Of a stretch of DNA of 64,000 bases, positions 25,704-36,763 are shown piece by piece. How positions within the stretch are numbered: position 1 is the stretch's first letter; each line of letters opens with the position of its first letter. The stretch lies in the NCBI GenBank assembly GCA_905178155.1, contig CAJINV010000001.1, forward strand, positions 5,536,757-5,600,756, given 5' to 3'. A program made the position numbers and the translations under genes. Origin of the DNA: Amoebophrya sp. A120 (lineage: Eukaryota; Protista; Dinoflagellata). The notes beneath the pieces are model-generated. The model made no database searches and had not been told where the DNA came from. It was given only the letters and a program-made list of their open reading frames with translations.

Positions 25704-26942
25704 CTACAATTTTCTCGTTACCTTTCGACCCGGGACACAAGGCTCTAGTATACCATGCGGATCAGGTATGGATGCAAAACTGGTGAAAGTTCGCATGCTA
25801 CTCGGTGATACAGACCGCGCCATGCTACCACTCTCCGCCCAGCTGGCTTCCTCCGATCCCCAGTATGAAGGAGTGCATGCCGTGCTGTCTGTCTGGCTCG
25901 GCACGGCGTGCGAACGTCGCGAAGGAACCGGCGATGCGGGTGCCTCTTCCTCTTGCACCATTCCAAAGGGCGTCAATCTCGGCACCATAAAGCTATCGCC
26001 TGCTGCAGCGCTGGTTTTAGTATTGACAAGAGACGAGGACGATGCTGCCCTTGTTGCAGTATCATATCGATGAGAATTCCTGCAAGTCGCGGCTTCCGCC
26101 TTGCCACCTGAGGAAAGATCTTCATCGCTGCCAGTACTGCTATGGATTCCGACTCTACCCACGGCGGGCAAAGGTGCTTCTCCCAGTGGAAAATTGATTC
26201 CCGCTTGTCCGCCGGATGACGTGTTCACTTTAGTCTCGTCAAACTGCATTTCATCTTCGTCACCGGCTAGTACATCAACATCCGCGTCTTTCTTCGTCCA
26301 GAAGCAATAATGGCAATACGGACACGCTTCTCCACCTTTGCAGCCACCCTTGCGCTTTGCGTACTTGCAGGGGGCACTGCAGGTCACCGGGTGGCCGACG
26401 GAACCCCACGAGCCCGGCATTTCCATCAGGATCTCAAGCTGCCTCTCCTTGTGCCGGCCGCGTCCGTTCCTCGCACGTTGCCGACGTTTCGAAGTGGGTC
26501 GTTCAGGCGGGGATGGCGGCTCCGGGGGGACTTGTTCGACTGATGAACCTGGAGAAGACGCACTTCCCGCTTCGCTGATCCTTGCCAGAAGCGGCGTGGA
26601 TAGAGCAGGTGGCAAGCCGGGAGTAGCCTCCGGGGAGGGTGTAAACGGTGTTGACTCCTCATGCGCACCAGCAGCGTTTTTCTGGTCGTCAGGCAATTTG
26701 GGCTGCGTTTGTGCAACGGTGTTCATAGTCTGGATTTTGCGAAGTTCGGCATCTAGGCCTGGAGGCACCAATCCTGGGGGAATCGGGCGGACATCAGTCG
26801 GTTGTTCACTGGGCGTGCCGCATGTGCTTTTGAATCCCACTCCGTCCGCGGCAGGGAAGTTGTGGAGAAAAAGAAAGGCTGTGATGGTGATTGATATGAA
26901 ATCACACATCGGCGCCCCAGGGCGAAAAGCGGCCGAGATCAT
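25704..26942 (-). CDS. CCCH-type zinc-finger protein, dinoflagellate type
   Basis: GSVGHPVTCSAPCKYAKRKGGCKGGEACPYCHYC flanked by P/S-rich low-complexity sequence; start uncertain. Confidence 0.8.
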   Translation of the reverse strand: MISAAFRPGAPMCDFISITITAFLFLHNFPAADGVGFKSTCGTPSEQPTDVRPIPPGLVPPGLDAELRKIQTMNTVAQTQPKLPDDQKNAAGAHEESTPFTPSPEATPGLPPALSTPLLARISEAGSASSPGSSVEQVPPEPPSPPERPTSKRRQRARNGRGRHKERQLEILMEMPGSWGSVGHPVTCSAPCKYAKRKGGCKGGEACPYCHYCFWTKKDADVDVLAGDEDEMQFDETKVNTSSGGQAGINFPLGEAPLPAVGRVGIHSSTGSDEDLSSGGKAEAATCRNSHRYDTATRAASSSSLVNTKTSAAAGDSFMVPRLTPFGMVQEEEAPASPVPSRRSHAVPSQTDSTACTPSYWGSEEASWAESGSMARSVSPSSMRTFTSFASIPDPHGILEPCVPGRKVTRKL

Positions 26943-28054
26943 CTTTCTTGATGTGTGTTTGAAATTCAGAGATAGAAGTAGAAAACGTCGATAAAGCAAA
27001 ATGACGTCATAACAAAAACGGAAGAATGGAATGAATGCAAACAAAGAGACCAAAATGGCGAAAGTTTGAATAATCTGTATCCAGTTCCGACAACCTCACG
27101 TAAGAATCTTCAACGTGCTCGTTTTGATTGCTACACTTAAGCGGAAACGAAGTAAAGGAATTCAATACGAAGCGAGGATTTGATGACAACTTCGTGCAGA
27201 TAGTGATAGGGAAGGTGTCAGCGGGAAAAGGCGAATGCAGGGGTAATTGCAATTGAAGAGAAAAAGCAAAACGACTCTTGACAATGTATTGGAAATGCGG
27301 GCGTCGTTGCTTGATCTTCACAATAAAAAAGCGACGTACCAGGCACGTACTCAATGAGTCAGTCAAAAGTCAAAACCCGGATCCAGCAGAACATAAAACC
27401 TCAAGAACGGGATTGGCCTGTGAAAAACAAAAAAGAAGTTGTTTCTGAATCTCAGGAATACGCTTGATCTCAAGCACGGGTTGTGGAATGAGTATGAGGA
27501 GCTCTGAGCCATGTACGCTGATCGCAAATAATGTTTCGGATCCATGTTTTAGATCGTAGTAAGTTGCCAGAGATCGGTTTGATCTACTTTCTTTGTTGTC
27601 CTCGAGGGAAGGCGGGTGATCTCCTGTTCCAAGCATAAGAACAGGCTGTCGTTGGTACCTTCGTTCAATTCAAGGAAGCCTTTGACAGGTCATGCTCGTG
27701 CTCGATTTATTCTCCTTTGTACTGTTCCAAAAAAAGCTCCGTGTACTTTTTGCCATCTGTATCATACTTAGCAACCGCTGTACTTGTAAGGGCAACATGT
27801 GAGTTCACACTCACTCCTTCATGCACTTTGCACTGTGTAAATGTAAGTAAGTACTTTCAGTTCGATTCTAATTCTATGGATTTTCAATTTCAAGCGAGTA
27901 ACCGAACCATTCGGTGTTGGACGCTGTTGGACGCCTCAGATTGCTAGATTGATTCCTTTTCTAGTACCAACACCCAAAAATTTTGCATTTTTGGTGCTAA
28001 AGATTGAGGTAAGATCGTTTTTGATACGGTATGAACTGCGGTGGTGGACGTAGC

Positions 28055-31000
28055 TCAACCTTTTTCAGGTTCTGGCGTTTTTTTCGAAAGCCTTCTGTCG
28101 TTCTCGTCGTCGAGCAGCGTTCTGCTGCCGTCGATGTTTTGCACTGACGCATCTTCCTCAGGTATGGAGGAACTCGGAGGAAACGAAACCTGTTGCGTTA
28201 CACCGTTCGGATTCTGTTTCTGAATGATCGATCGAGCTGAGAATGCTGTGAAAAAGAAAGCAAAAGATTTCGAGTACAACTAGCTACGTATGCGAAAATT
28301 CAAACAAATCAGTACCTCTCTTGACGGCTCGTCGCCGTTGTTGAGGTTTATCGTGTTGCGGACGGCCTCTTGTGCACTGACGGTGAGAAAACGGAAAATG
28401 GTCCCATCGTCTGCTCCAGAGGCTCCTGCTCCGTTGCCTGCTCCGGGCTGCGCAAAGGCACTTGCAATACCGGTTCCCGTTGCGCTACTCGACCTACTGC
28501 CGCCCGCGATTTGTTTTCTCGCCGCGCCCGGCAGCGCGAAATCCACTCTACTATCGTTTGGGAAAGCTGGACTCTGCGCTTGCGCGTTCTGCTGGCCGAT
28601 GCCGGTCCCGTGGATCAAGGAGTCGCGCAGGATCGCCACGCCGGTAGCGTCAAGCGGGGGCGCGGTGGAATTTCTGCTGGCCCGCCTGCTGGCCTGCGCG
28701 GCCTTGTGCTCCATCGCTCGATAAAGCAGCGTGATGTTTTCGGACATTCGCCCGTGGTCGCGTGGCTGAGAACCGCCCGCGGCCCCGGCAAGGCCTGCGG
28801 TAACCGCGTTAAACTGCACCACCATGGAGGGGGACGCGCCGACCGTGAAGAGACTGGGGCTGGGGCTGAGCAAACTGTGGATGCTGCTGCGGATGCTGTT
28901 CTTCTTGCTCCCCCCCGTTTGTTCCCATCCGTTTCCGGACCGTCGGGAACGGAAAGACTGGCCCCGGCCGTGGCCCGAAGTGTGCAACGACGTGGAATAC
29001 TCGGACTCATCGTCGTTCGCGTCCGAGGAATCTTCCCGGGGATAGGAATAGCTTTTGTTTGCCGCAGGAGTCGTGGTCGCGTTCGCATTTTGGGCCTGGG
29101 ATTGGCGGAAAAATTGCTCCAGCTTCTGGCTCGCGAGACTCCCCCGGAGCAGATCGTCGGTCGCTATTGCGCTGCGCCGCCCGTGCATCACCGCTGTCCG
29201 ACCGCTCTGTGGGAAAGATTTATCGACAAGTTCATTAATATGCTGGGCCATCTGCTTTGCATCCACTAGAAATTGTCGGAAGAACATCGGGAAAAACAGG
29301 ACAAGATCAACCCAAGACGAAAACGAATTGCAGAATCAATTAATATACTACTTTCTTCTCGACTTGGCAAGTGCGTTGGATCTGTTCTCCGATGGTCATC
29401 GGATTGATCCCATCCTGCAGCATCATGCGCTCAAAAACAGTATGACTCTGAAAGAGCCCACTGATGCGGGCACCAAGGATGGAGGCCAGCAAAATGGGAA
29501 ATATCAAGTTTTCATCGACGGTCCTGCATGTTGATTTTGTATTTCAATCGCTTTTTCATGTTGACGACAAAACAAAAACCATGACAGAAAAAATGCGAAT
29601 TTCATACAGCAGCTCGTCAAGCAAAAAAAAGAACAGAGGGAAAATACAGAATAGCCGACATCTCGCAGCTCAGGACCGTCGCTGTCAATGGTAGTCTGGT
29701 GAGTGCCGCAAAGAAGCTCGCCATGCCGAAAGCGACCGCTGTCTGCCCGGACTCGTAGCCCCACAAGGAAAATATTATGCCTCGAACAACGTACCTTGAG
29801 TTTTTTGAATGGATGCGACATAAAATCACAAACCGAAAATAGGATTTCTCCGTGAATTCACTCGCCCTTACGCACACAGAGGATGCCAACGTACTACCAA
29901 GACCAAAACTGATCCAAGCATGTTTCATACCCCATTGTTCCACCACAAATTATGATCGGCATGAGAATTCCGCCACTTCCTCCCGCCGAAAACGCGAGAC
30001 TGCAGGCCAACAGCTTTCCGAAAAAGAACAACAAAGCGTAGCCGACTTCTGCTCCGTCCACTTCCCTCGGCTTTGCCGCGATCTGGTCAATCATTTTTGT
30101 TACCGAGTCGCTCCCCTGGCCCCAGACGCCCCGGTAGTCGGCCACGAGAAACACCAGCGCGCCGACGAGCGCTGCGGACACACCGGACGCCAAGCCGACG
30201 TACCTCTCGTGCACGTAGGGCTGTAGGTACCAGAAGGCCCGGAAGCGGATCACGGAGGTCGCGAAAAGCGGGAGGCAAATGCCCGCCAGGATGGAGGTGA
30301 AAAGCGCCGCGGGAAGGGTCCCCCACGGAATAGTGTTGTAGTCGTCCAAGTGGTTGGCCTCGATGGGGAAAAGGGGACCGGACATGGTAAGGCGCGTCAG
30401 GAGCGCGGAGCAGAGACTGGCGAGGAGAACCAGTGTCGTCACGATGCCCTCCTGCCGAATGTCCACGTATTCCTCAATCGCGAACACGATCCCGGACAGC
30501 GGGCTGTTGAACGCCGCGGAAAGCCCGCCGCAGCAGCCCAGCACCATACACAGCGGCACTTTCAGTTGCGGCAAGGGCGGCAGAAACTTACTGTTCGGGA
30601 AGTAGCTGTGCTCGATGTTGGTGTAGCTGTACACCGCGGACGCTACCGCCGCGGATAAATGAATCGTTGGGGCCTCGATCCCGAGTGGGTTGCCGCTGGC
30701 GACGTACAGGCTCGACAGGATCAAACGACAGATGCCCACGCGGAAGGGAATCGGGCTGCCAATGGCCAGGGAGATCTTGGTGGCAATGGTCCCCCCGCCG
30801 ATGCACTCCGGGAAGAGAGTGCGGGTGATGTAGCCAACGACGCTGGAGCCCAAACCGGCGACCACGATCTTGTAGATGACGAAACCGGCGGTTTCGCTCG
30901 GGTCGACGAGATATGAAATGCAAATATGTCTGGGTCTGGAAACTTGTGATGCTAGTTTGTGCATTTTGGGCGCACTGCGTTACGCAGCCACGCATGACAA

Positions 31001-31712
31001 GTTTCTGAGCTCCTATGTGTTTCGCTTCCCGCATGACAAACTGCGTTTTTGCATGACAGGTAGGAGGCTGCTTTCCTGTTCATGCATGACAGATTCAAGA
31101 GTCATGCGAGACAAGCATGACAAACTTGCACTCTTCCAGACCCAGACATATTTGCACTTGATACGAGATTTCCGATGAAGTCCACCGCCTTGTCCCCGTA
31201 GAGGACCATCTTGTGAAAGAGCACATTCATCCCGCCAACCGCGCTGCCCAGGAAAATCACGAAGCTCAGGGTTACCGCAGTTTCGATGGCCAAGTCCTGA
31301 GATGAAGTTGCAATATGAAATTCATTGTGGAATAATCCGTGGGATTTGGAAAGCTTCTTCGACGGGTACGATAAACCGTTTTCATCTATAATTGACGCAC
31401 GTTCTAATTCTACCTCGCGCAGTGACGGACCCATGAATTATTACCCTAGAGAAGAACCTGTAGCGACTTGCTCTCCTCTTCCCCATGAGAAGGGCCATCC
31501 TCCATGTTCAGCGAGTCCTCGGCTTCATCGTTGTCTATGCCGGCCGCCCGAAGAGCGCCCTGGAGTGCCACCCGCGTCTCTGCCCCAGCGGTCGCGGTGA
31601 TTTGCCGGGGGACGTTCTCGCTTGACCGCCGGGCCGACACCTGCAGAAAATTGCTACCAGCACCACCCGAGGTGCCGTTCGGGGTTGAGGTGCCGCCGCT
31701 GTCTGCCGTCAT
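28055..31712 (-). CDS. CLC-family chloride channel/transporter (spliced)
   Basis: PECIGGGTI, GNPLGIEAPTIH, LSAAFNSPLSGIVFAIEE, GGSGGILMP; introner at 30912; further introns and a long C-terminal tail. Gene ends approximate. Confidence 0.85.
30912..31163. mobile_element. Introner, family B (252 bp)
   Basis: Perfect DR CGAGA; alignable with 8208-8458; spliced FIGNLVDPSE. Confidence 0.95.
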
Positions 31713-32278
31713 GCCGGACCCTGGCGTAGGTTGAGCTCTTCCCTTTGATGGCCCTCTGCTGCTTAACAAGGTGAGCTACCGCATGTTGATCAATGGGCTG
31801 CAGCGCTATGAGGCACTATCTCGCTCATCGCGCAAAGCCTGTGACCCCGTTCAGACTGCGAACGGAGTTCTGTCTGGACTTTCGAGAAGATACTTTTTTG
31901 CAGAGAATAGTTGCACGTGCACTCCACGGTCACACTGAACTCGTTTCTTCACGCATGCCGATACTCAGATCAGATTGTCGGTCCTCGTCTTTTCTAAGCG
32001 ATTATTGGTGCTCTCGTTTTCTTGTCATGATCGCTCAAGGAGAATTTTCTAGACCAGAGGTTATCATCCTCGAGCCTGCGTAAGTAAGTACTTTTCTTGC
32101 GCAGGGGAAACGAAACATCCGCCCTACAGGCTTTCTTGGATGCACCAAATTGGCCAAGCCAGCTTACGCACCCCATGGTGACTCTGATGATTTTCTCAAT
32201 TTGCTTGCCTGCGTCGACGAAGTACAAGTAGTCCCTCCATGTATAGCACAATGTCCATAACTTCTGTTTATCTATCAA

Positions 32279-35200
32279 TCACTGATTGACCTGCTTTCCA
32301 CATTTCCGATGCAGAAGCCAGTCGTCAACTTCTGCGAGCCTTTGGAGTTCCAGCTTGTGGAATTTTTTCCACAAGTCCAAAGTGGGCGAGCTGCACCCGT
32401 GTGAGAAGCAGTAAGCCTGGAACAGATCCAGCCAAGCGTACAGCAAGTCTTCCTCGACCAGCTCTTTTTCCCTGTACTGCTGCCGCGTCGCAGCATAAGC
32501 GTCAACCATCGCTTTCTGGACGTCGTCGGAGAGCTCAAAGACCGGCGAGGCGTCTGTGAAAAATTTCTTTGGGTAAGCGGAGCATGATACACACAACAAA
32601 TTCAGAATTGCCGCAAAGATTTTTTTGTCTGTAGTCGAAATCTGAAAAAAAGATCTATCCAAAGAACTTCGGATCATGGTGATTGGCCCGACATCTAGCT
32701 TCAGCAATGAAACTAAAATACCTGCTGAATTTTGCTTCTTCTCCCTTGGTTCGGTTTGTATTCTGTTCACCTCGTGGAAGTAGAAGCGCAGCTGATCTTA
32801 TCAAAGAAAAAAAGTTCGTCACGATCACTCATGCGCATTCTTGCAATACAAAAACAAAATTGTTTGTCATGCGTAAAAATGCATCACAGCCAAACTTCAT
32901 TAGGGATTTCCCTAGTGTTTCTGCAATACAAGGAAAGTTTGTGATGCTGAGAAAATTTGTAATGCAAAACCTGCAAGTTAGTGACTGTGGCAAACTTTTT
33001 TCTCTCCATAGATCTTCGATCTTCTGCGCAGATGATGAAGATGTCGATCCAATTATTTCCATCTTCTTCTCCTCTTCACCAGAAAGTTCCATGTCTGAAG
33101 GTGTTTCGTGAGCAGTTACTGCCGCGCTACTCACTGGCGGGATAAGCACCGCCTTGCCCATGGCCAAGCAGCTTTTCGACCCGGGGTTTTTCACCCCCGA
33201 AAGAAATGCCGAGCGGGAGTCTTTGGAGAACACAATTCCCTGGGCCTCCGATGCAAACTCCAACTCGTAAAACCCAAAGAAGATCGGGACTTTCTGCGTC
33301 CGCAACACCTTCGTCAGCACCGCGGCATTCACGACGGCTTCGTCTTTGAGTTGCCCGGACTGCAGTTCCGTCTCGTCCACGACGAGCACCGAGCCGGCGG
33401 CGAGCTCGAGGAGTCCCGTCTTCATTTCGTCCGTCTCGGGGTCCTTGTGGCCGCGGAAGGGCGCGCCGTTTAACCCATCGAGACTCGCGTCCAGGTGATA
33501 CATATCAAATGTAAAAATGTCTGGGTCTGGAAGAATGGAAGGCGTGTCATGCTTGTCTGGCATGACCCATGATGCTTGTAATGTATGATCCAGCATCACA
33601 GATTTTTGGAAAGCTTCCTGATGCCATTTCCGCATGACAAATGCCCTCCTCGCGTAGCACAAATGTGGCTCCTCTTGCTGGTCATGCAATACAGATTTTT
33701 TTAGATTCCAAAGTTAGCATCACAAGTTCCAATCTTCCAGACCCAGACACTTTTACATTTGATAATACACGTACGGGTGCACCCTGCGCAGGGTGGTGGT
33801 GATGTTTTTGACGGAACCCGGAAGCGCGGAGAGTGCGGACGCAGTGTCGGAGGTGGTGCCATCATCTTCCTCAGCCGCGAGCACGAAGTTCATCGGCGTC
33901 ATGCCCAGCGGCGACTCCTCCGTTTGCTGCTTGCTCTTCGTGGAGCACAAGGCCATCAACAGGTACTCACTGAACAACCTGCCGCTTTTTCGCATGATCG
34001 TTGAGGAGGAGCTTGAAGAACTGCTGCTAGTAGTATGTACGATATTATCGCCGATGTACTTCAACGCCGCTTCGCGCAAAGGTGCCAATCGTTCCTCGAC
34101 CGATTTCTTGTCCACACTACCACTCCTCATCGATTGAAAGTGCCGACCGATAAAATCTATCGGCAATCGCTGGTTCTTGTGAATGACCTTCAGCACGTGC
34201 AGCCTGGGTTTGCTTCCAGCTAGCGAAACGACCGCGACAACGTCGACGACGTCATGGATGGCAACGCCGGCCTCCTCTTCTTGGGAGTCAGCGAAAATGA
34301 GCTCAACGCACTCTTCTCGACGAGACGCGTGCAGCTGCTCCTGTTTTGTTGGGGTGGTTTTGATGTACCGTGCTGGCATTGACTTGATTTCGTTGTTTTT
34401 CTTCACTAAACAGCAAAAAGTACTCGCAGATGCAACAAGAATACCGGTTGTACAAAAATTTTACGTTGTTCACCACAAAAAAAAATCACTGTGTTTACCT
34501 CATTTTCCGCGCCCACGTCCTGCCCCAGCAAACCCCCCTCCACTGGGCTATCTTCCCGCGTTCGTTTGTGCTTGGATTGCTGCAACCCTGCCTCGACCCA
34601 CCGGCTTTCGTATGGGACGGGAATGGCGTCACATGTTGTGCGGTCCCAGTAGTATTCTTGTTCTTCCATGCGGGGGTCTTGCACCAGCTCCACACTGCCC
34701 GTAAAATTCGCCTGGACGTTCAGCTCAGGGGTCACCATTTCATCTCGGTACTTGAACAGCGTGAAGCCTGTGCGGCTCTCGTTCGACCGGAAACCGTTGA
34801 AAATTTCCGCCTCGCTGCCCTTGTTGATGACAAACCCCCGGTAGCGTACCAGCTGGCCATCGCGCGAGTGCTGAAAAGAGAAGATCGGCAGGTATCAAAC
34901 GGAAAAATCCCCCCTCCCCATATCGAAATGGAAATCTGTGATGCAGGATTTGAGGCACCAAATCGACTTGTCATGCTAGAAGGCCAAGAGCCGCAGTCGT
35001 GGTCCCTTTTGCAGGCAATTTGTCATGCTGTTTCCCACTCTCAGCTGCCTCCTATCATTCTGAAGATGCAAGGCTCCCCCACGCCACCCAGCACTACAGT
35101 CCGCATCTTTTCCCGTGTAGCATGACAAAGCTGATTTGTGACAACAAATCTGCATCACAGATTTCCGTTTCGATATGGGGAGGGGGGATTTTTCCTCACA

Positions 35201-35735
35201 ATAGCAGGAGGTCGAGCCTCTCCCGGTGTCCGGGAACGACTAGCTCCGGCGTGTCGGTGGTCGTCAGCTCGATGGATTCTGGGGGTCGAGACAGACAAAG
35301 GTTCTTTGAAGAACATTTGATTCCGACAGGAATGAACAATTGTAAGTGCTGTGTGCTTGTAGAACTTTGTTGACAACAAGAATGCTTGATAGGGACATGA
35401 ACAAATGATCACTCGTGGCTCGTGCAGCGAGAGCGACCGACACAAAATAAACAAGCAAGCTACGAATAGATGTTTACTAAAACAAACTTACCCCACTTCC
35501 CTTCTTTCAAAAACGCTTCTTTGGCCGCATCCGTCTCGAGCAATGCGTACTGCTTTTCGAAGTCCGCGTAGAGCGCTTTGAGCAATCCGCAGGTTGGCCC
35601 GCCTCCCACGATCTCCTCGCAGAGCGGCGGAGGGAGAGAAGATGGAGGCTTGGTGTCAAGTGTGGTGGCGGTTTGCGCTTCTTCCGTTGTCTTCAGCCGC
35701 TTCGCGGAAGACTCACTTTCGTCGACCATACCCAT
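32279..35735 (-). CDS. MCMBP: Mini-chromosome maintenance complex-binding protein (spliced)
   Basis: LVRYRGFV...KYRD N-domain; LDGLN...KDPETDEMKTGLLEL...LVVDETELQSGQL...QKVPIFFGFYELEF; C-terminal WKKFHKLELQRL; three introners plus GT-AG introns. Confidence 0.85.
32799..33010. mobile_element. Introner, family C, inverted relative to 15757 (212 bp)
   Basis: Perfect DR GATCT; spliced KIEDQLRFYF. Confidence 0.95.
33503..33764. mobile_element. Introner, family A, inverted relative to 7883 (262 bp)
   Basis: Perfect DR ATACA; ~31-bp TIR; spliced HPYVYHLDAS. Confidence 0.95.
34893..35203. mobile_element. Introner with long C-rich TIR (311 bp)
   Basis: TIR GGAAAAATCCCCCCTCCCCATATCGAAA(T/C)GGAAATCTGTGATGCAG; perfect DR GCAGG; spliced LDLLPIFSF. 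Confidence 0.95.
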
Positions 35736-36763
35736 CTTAACCACTGTAAAAGTAAATGGCACGATTGATGTTTTTAAAAGCGGGTCGCAAGAAGTAATTG
35801 GTGCAATAAAATCTCAAACACTAGTAGAAAAGCAGCGAATACGTAATTGTTGGATTTCAAGTTGTTCAGATGTGTTGACAACCTGAAAAATGCGACAAAG
35901 AGTGAGATCGCCTGTAATTCGTGCTTAGCTTTTGCTGAACTGGAAGCGGAAGTAGAACTTTTCGTCGAAAGGAGACAAAATAAAGGCCAAATCGGTTTTT
36001 TGAAGCCGTTTCCACCTTTGCGCATCAACATCATCTGTAGTTCCAAATCCGCATAGATTTTCACACATTAGCGCAACGATGACGATGAGCAGCACCAAAA
36101 TTCATATATTTGAACAGTGACTAGACCCACATCGAAGTATGTGTCAGCTACACCGGAGTAGCCGTATCAAGCTCGAAGACGAGAAAATGAATCCATTGAG
36201 AACTACTAGAGAACGCAGCTGCTGCGACACGCGCAGCCCACGTAGCAAAATAAGACAGTTTTTCTCTTGGGTTGAAAACGCTTTCTTAGTCATGCATTTG
36301 GCAAGCGTCAGAATTGTTGTTGAAAGTTTTCTTTTTGCAAACGACAAATGAGAGTAGAGCTCGAAACGTTAAGTGACGGAAGGTAGGTTCGTTTTTCAGA
36401 CTATATCTACAAAAAGTATTCATTTCTAGCTCTGCTTAAGCGAGTGTAGAAGAAAAGAGCCTTTGATAAAGCAAAAACTTTCGTATGGCTCATCTGGTGC
36501 AGAGTGTCCTCATTTCCTAGAAGAAGTGACGACCCAGGAGAGATCGATCTCTGCTGGAATCGTCATAACTTAGTGGCTTCGTCCCGCAAGTTCTGTTCAT
36601 TCTGTCCCAGGATACATTTGAAGAAAGGGAATGCGAGATCATTGCTAACAAGTGACGGACCGTCCCTGTTCTAGTCTTTTCGCTCATTTGTTGTTTGTCG
36701 TTGTCCTCCCGCATTCGCACTGCAGGATGACTTTCTGATTCATATCGTTATCGCATTTTTGTC

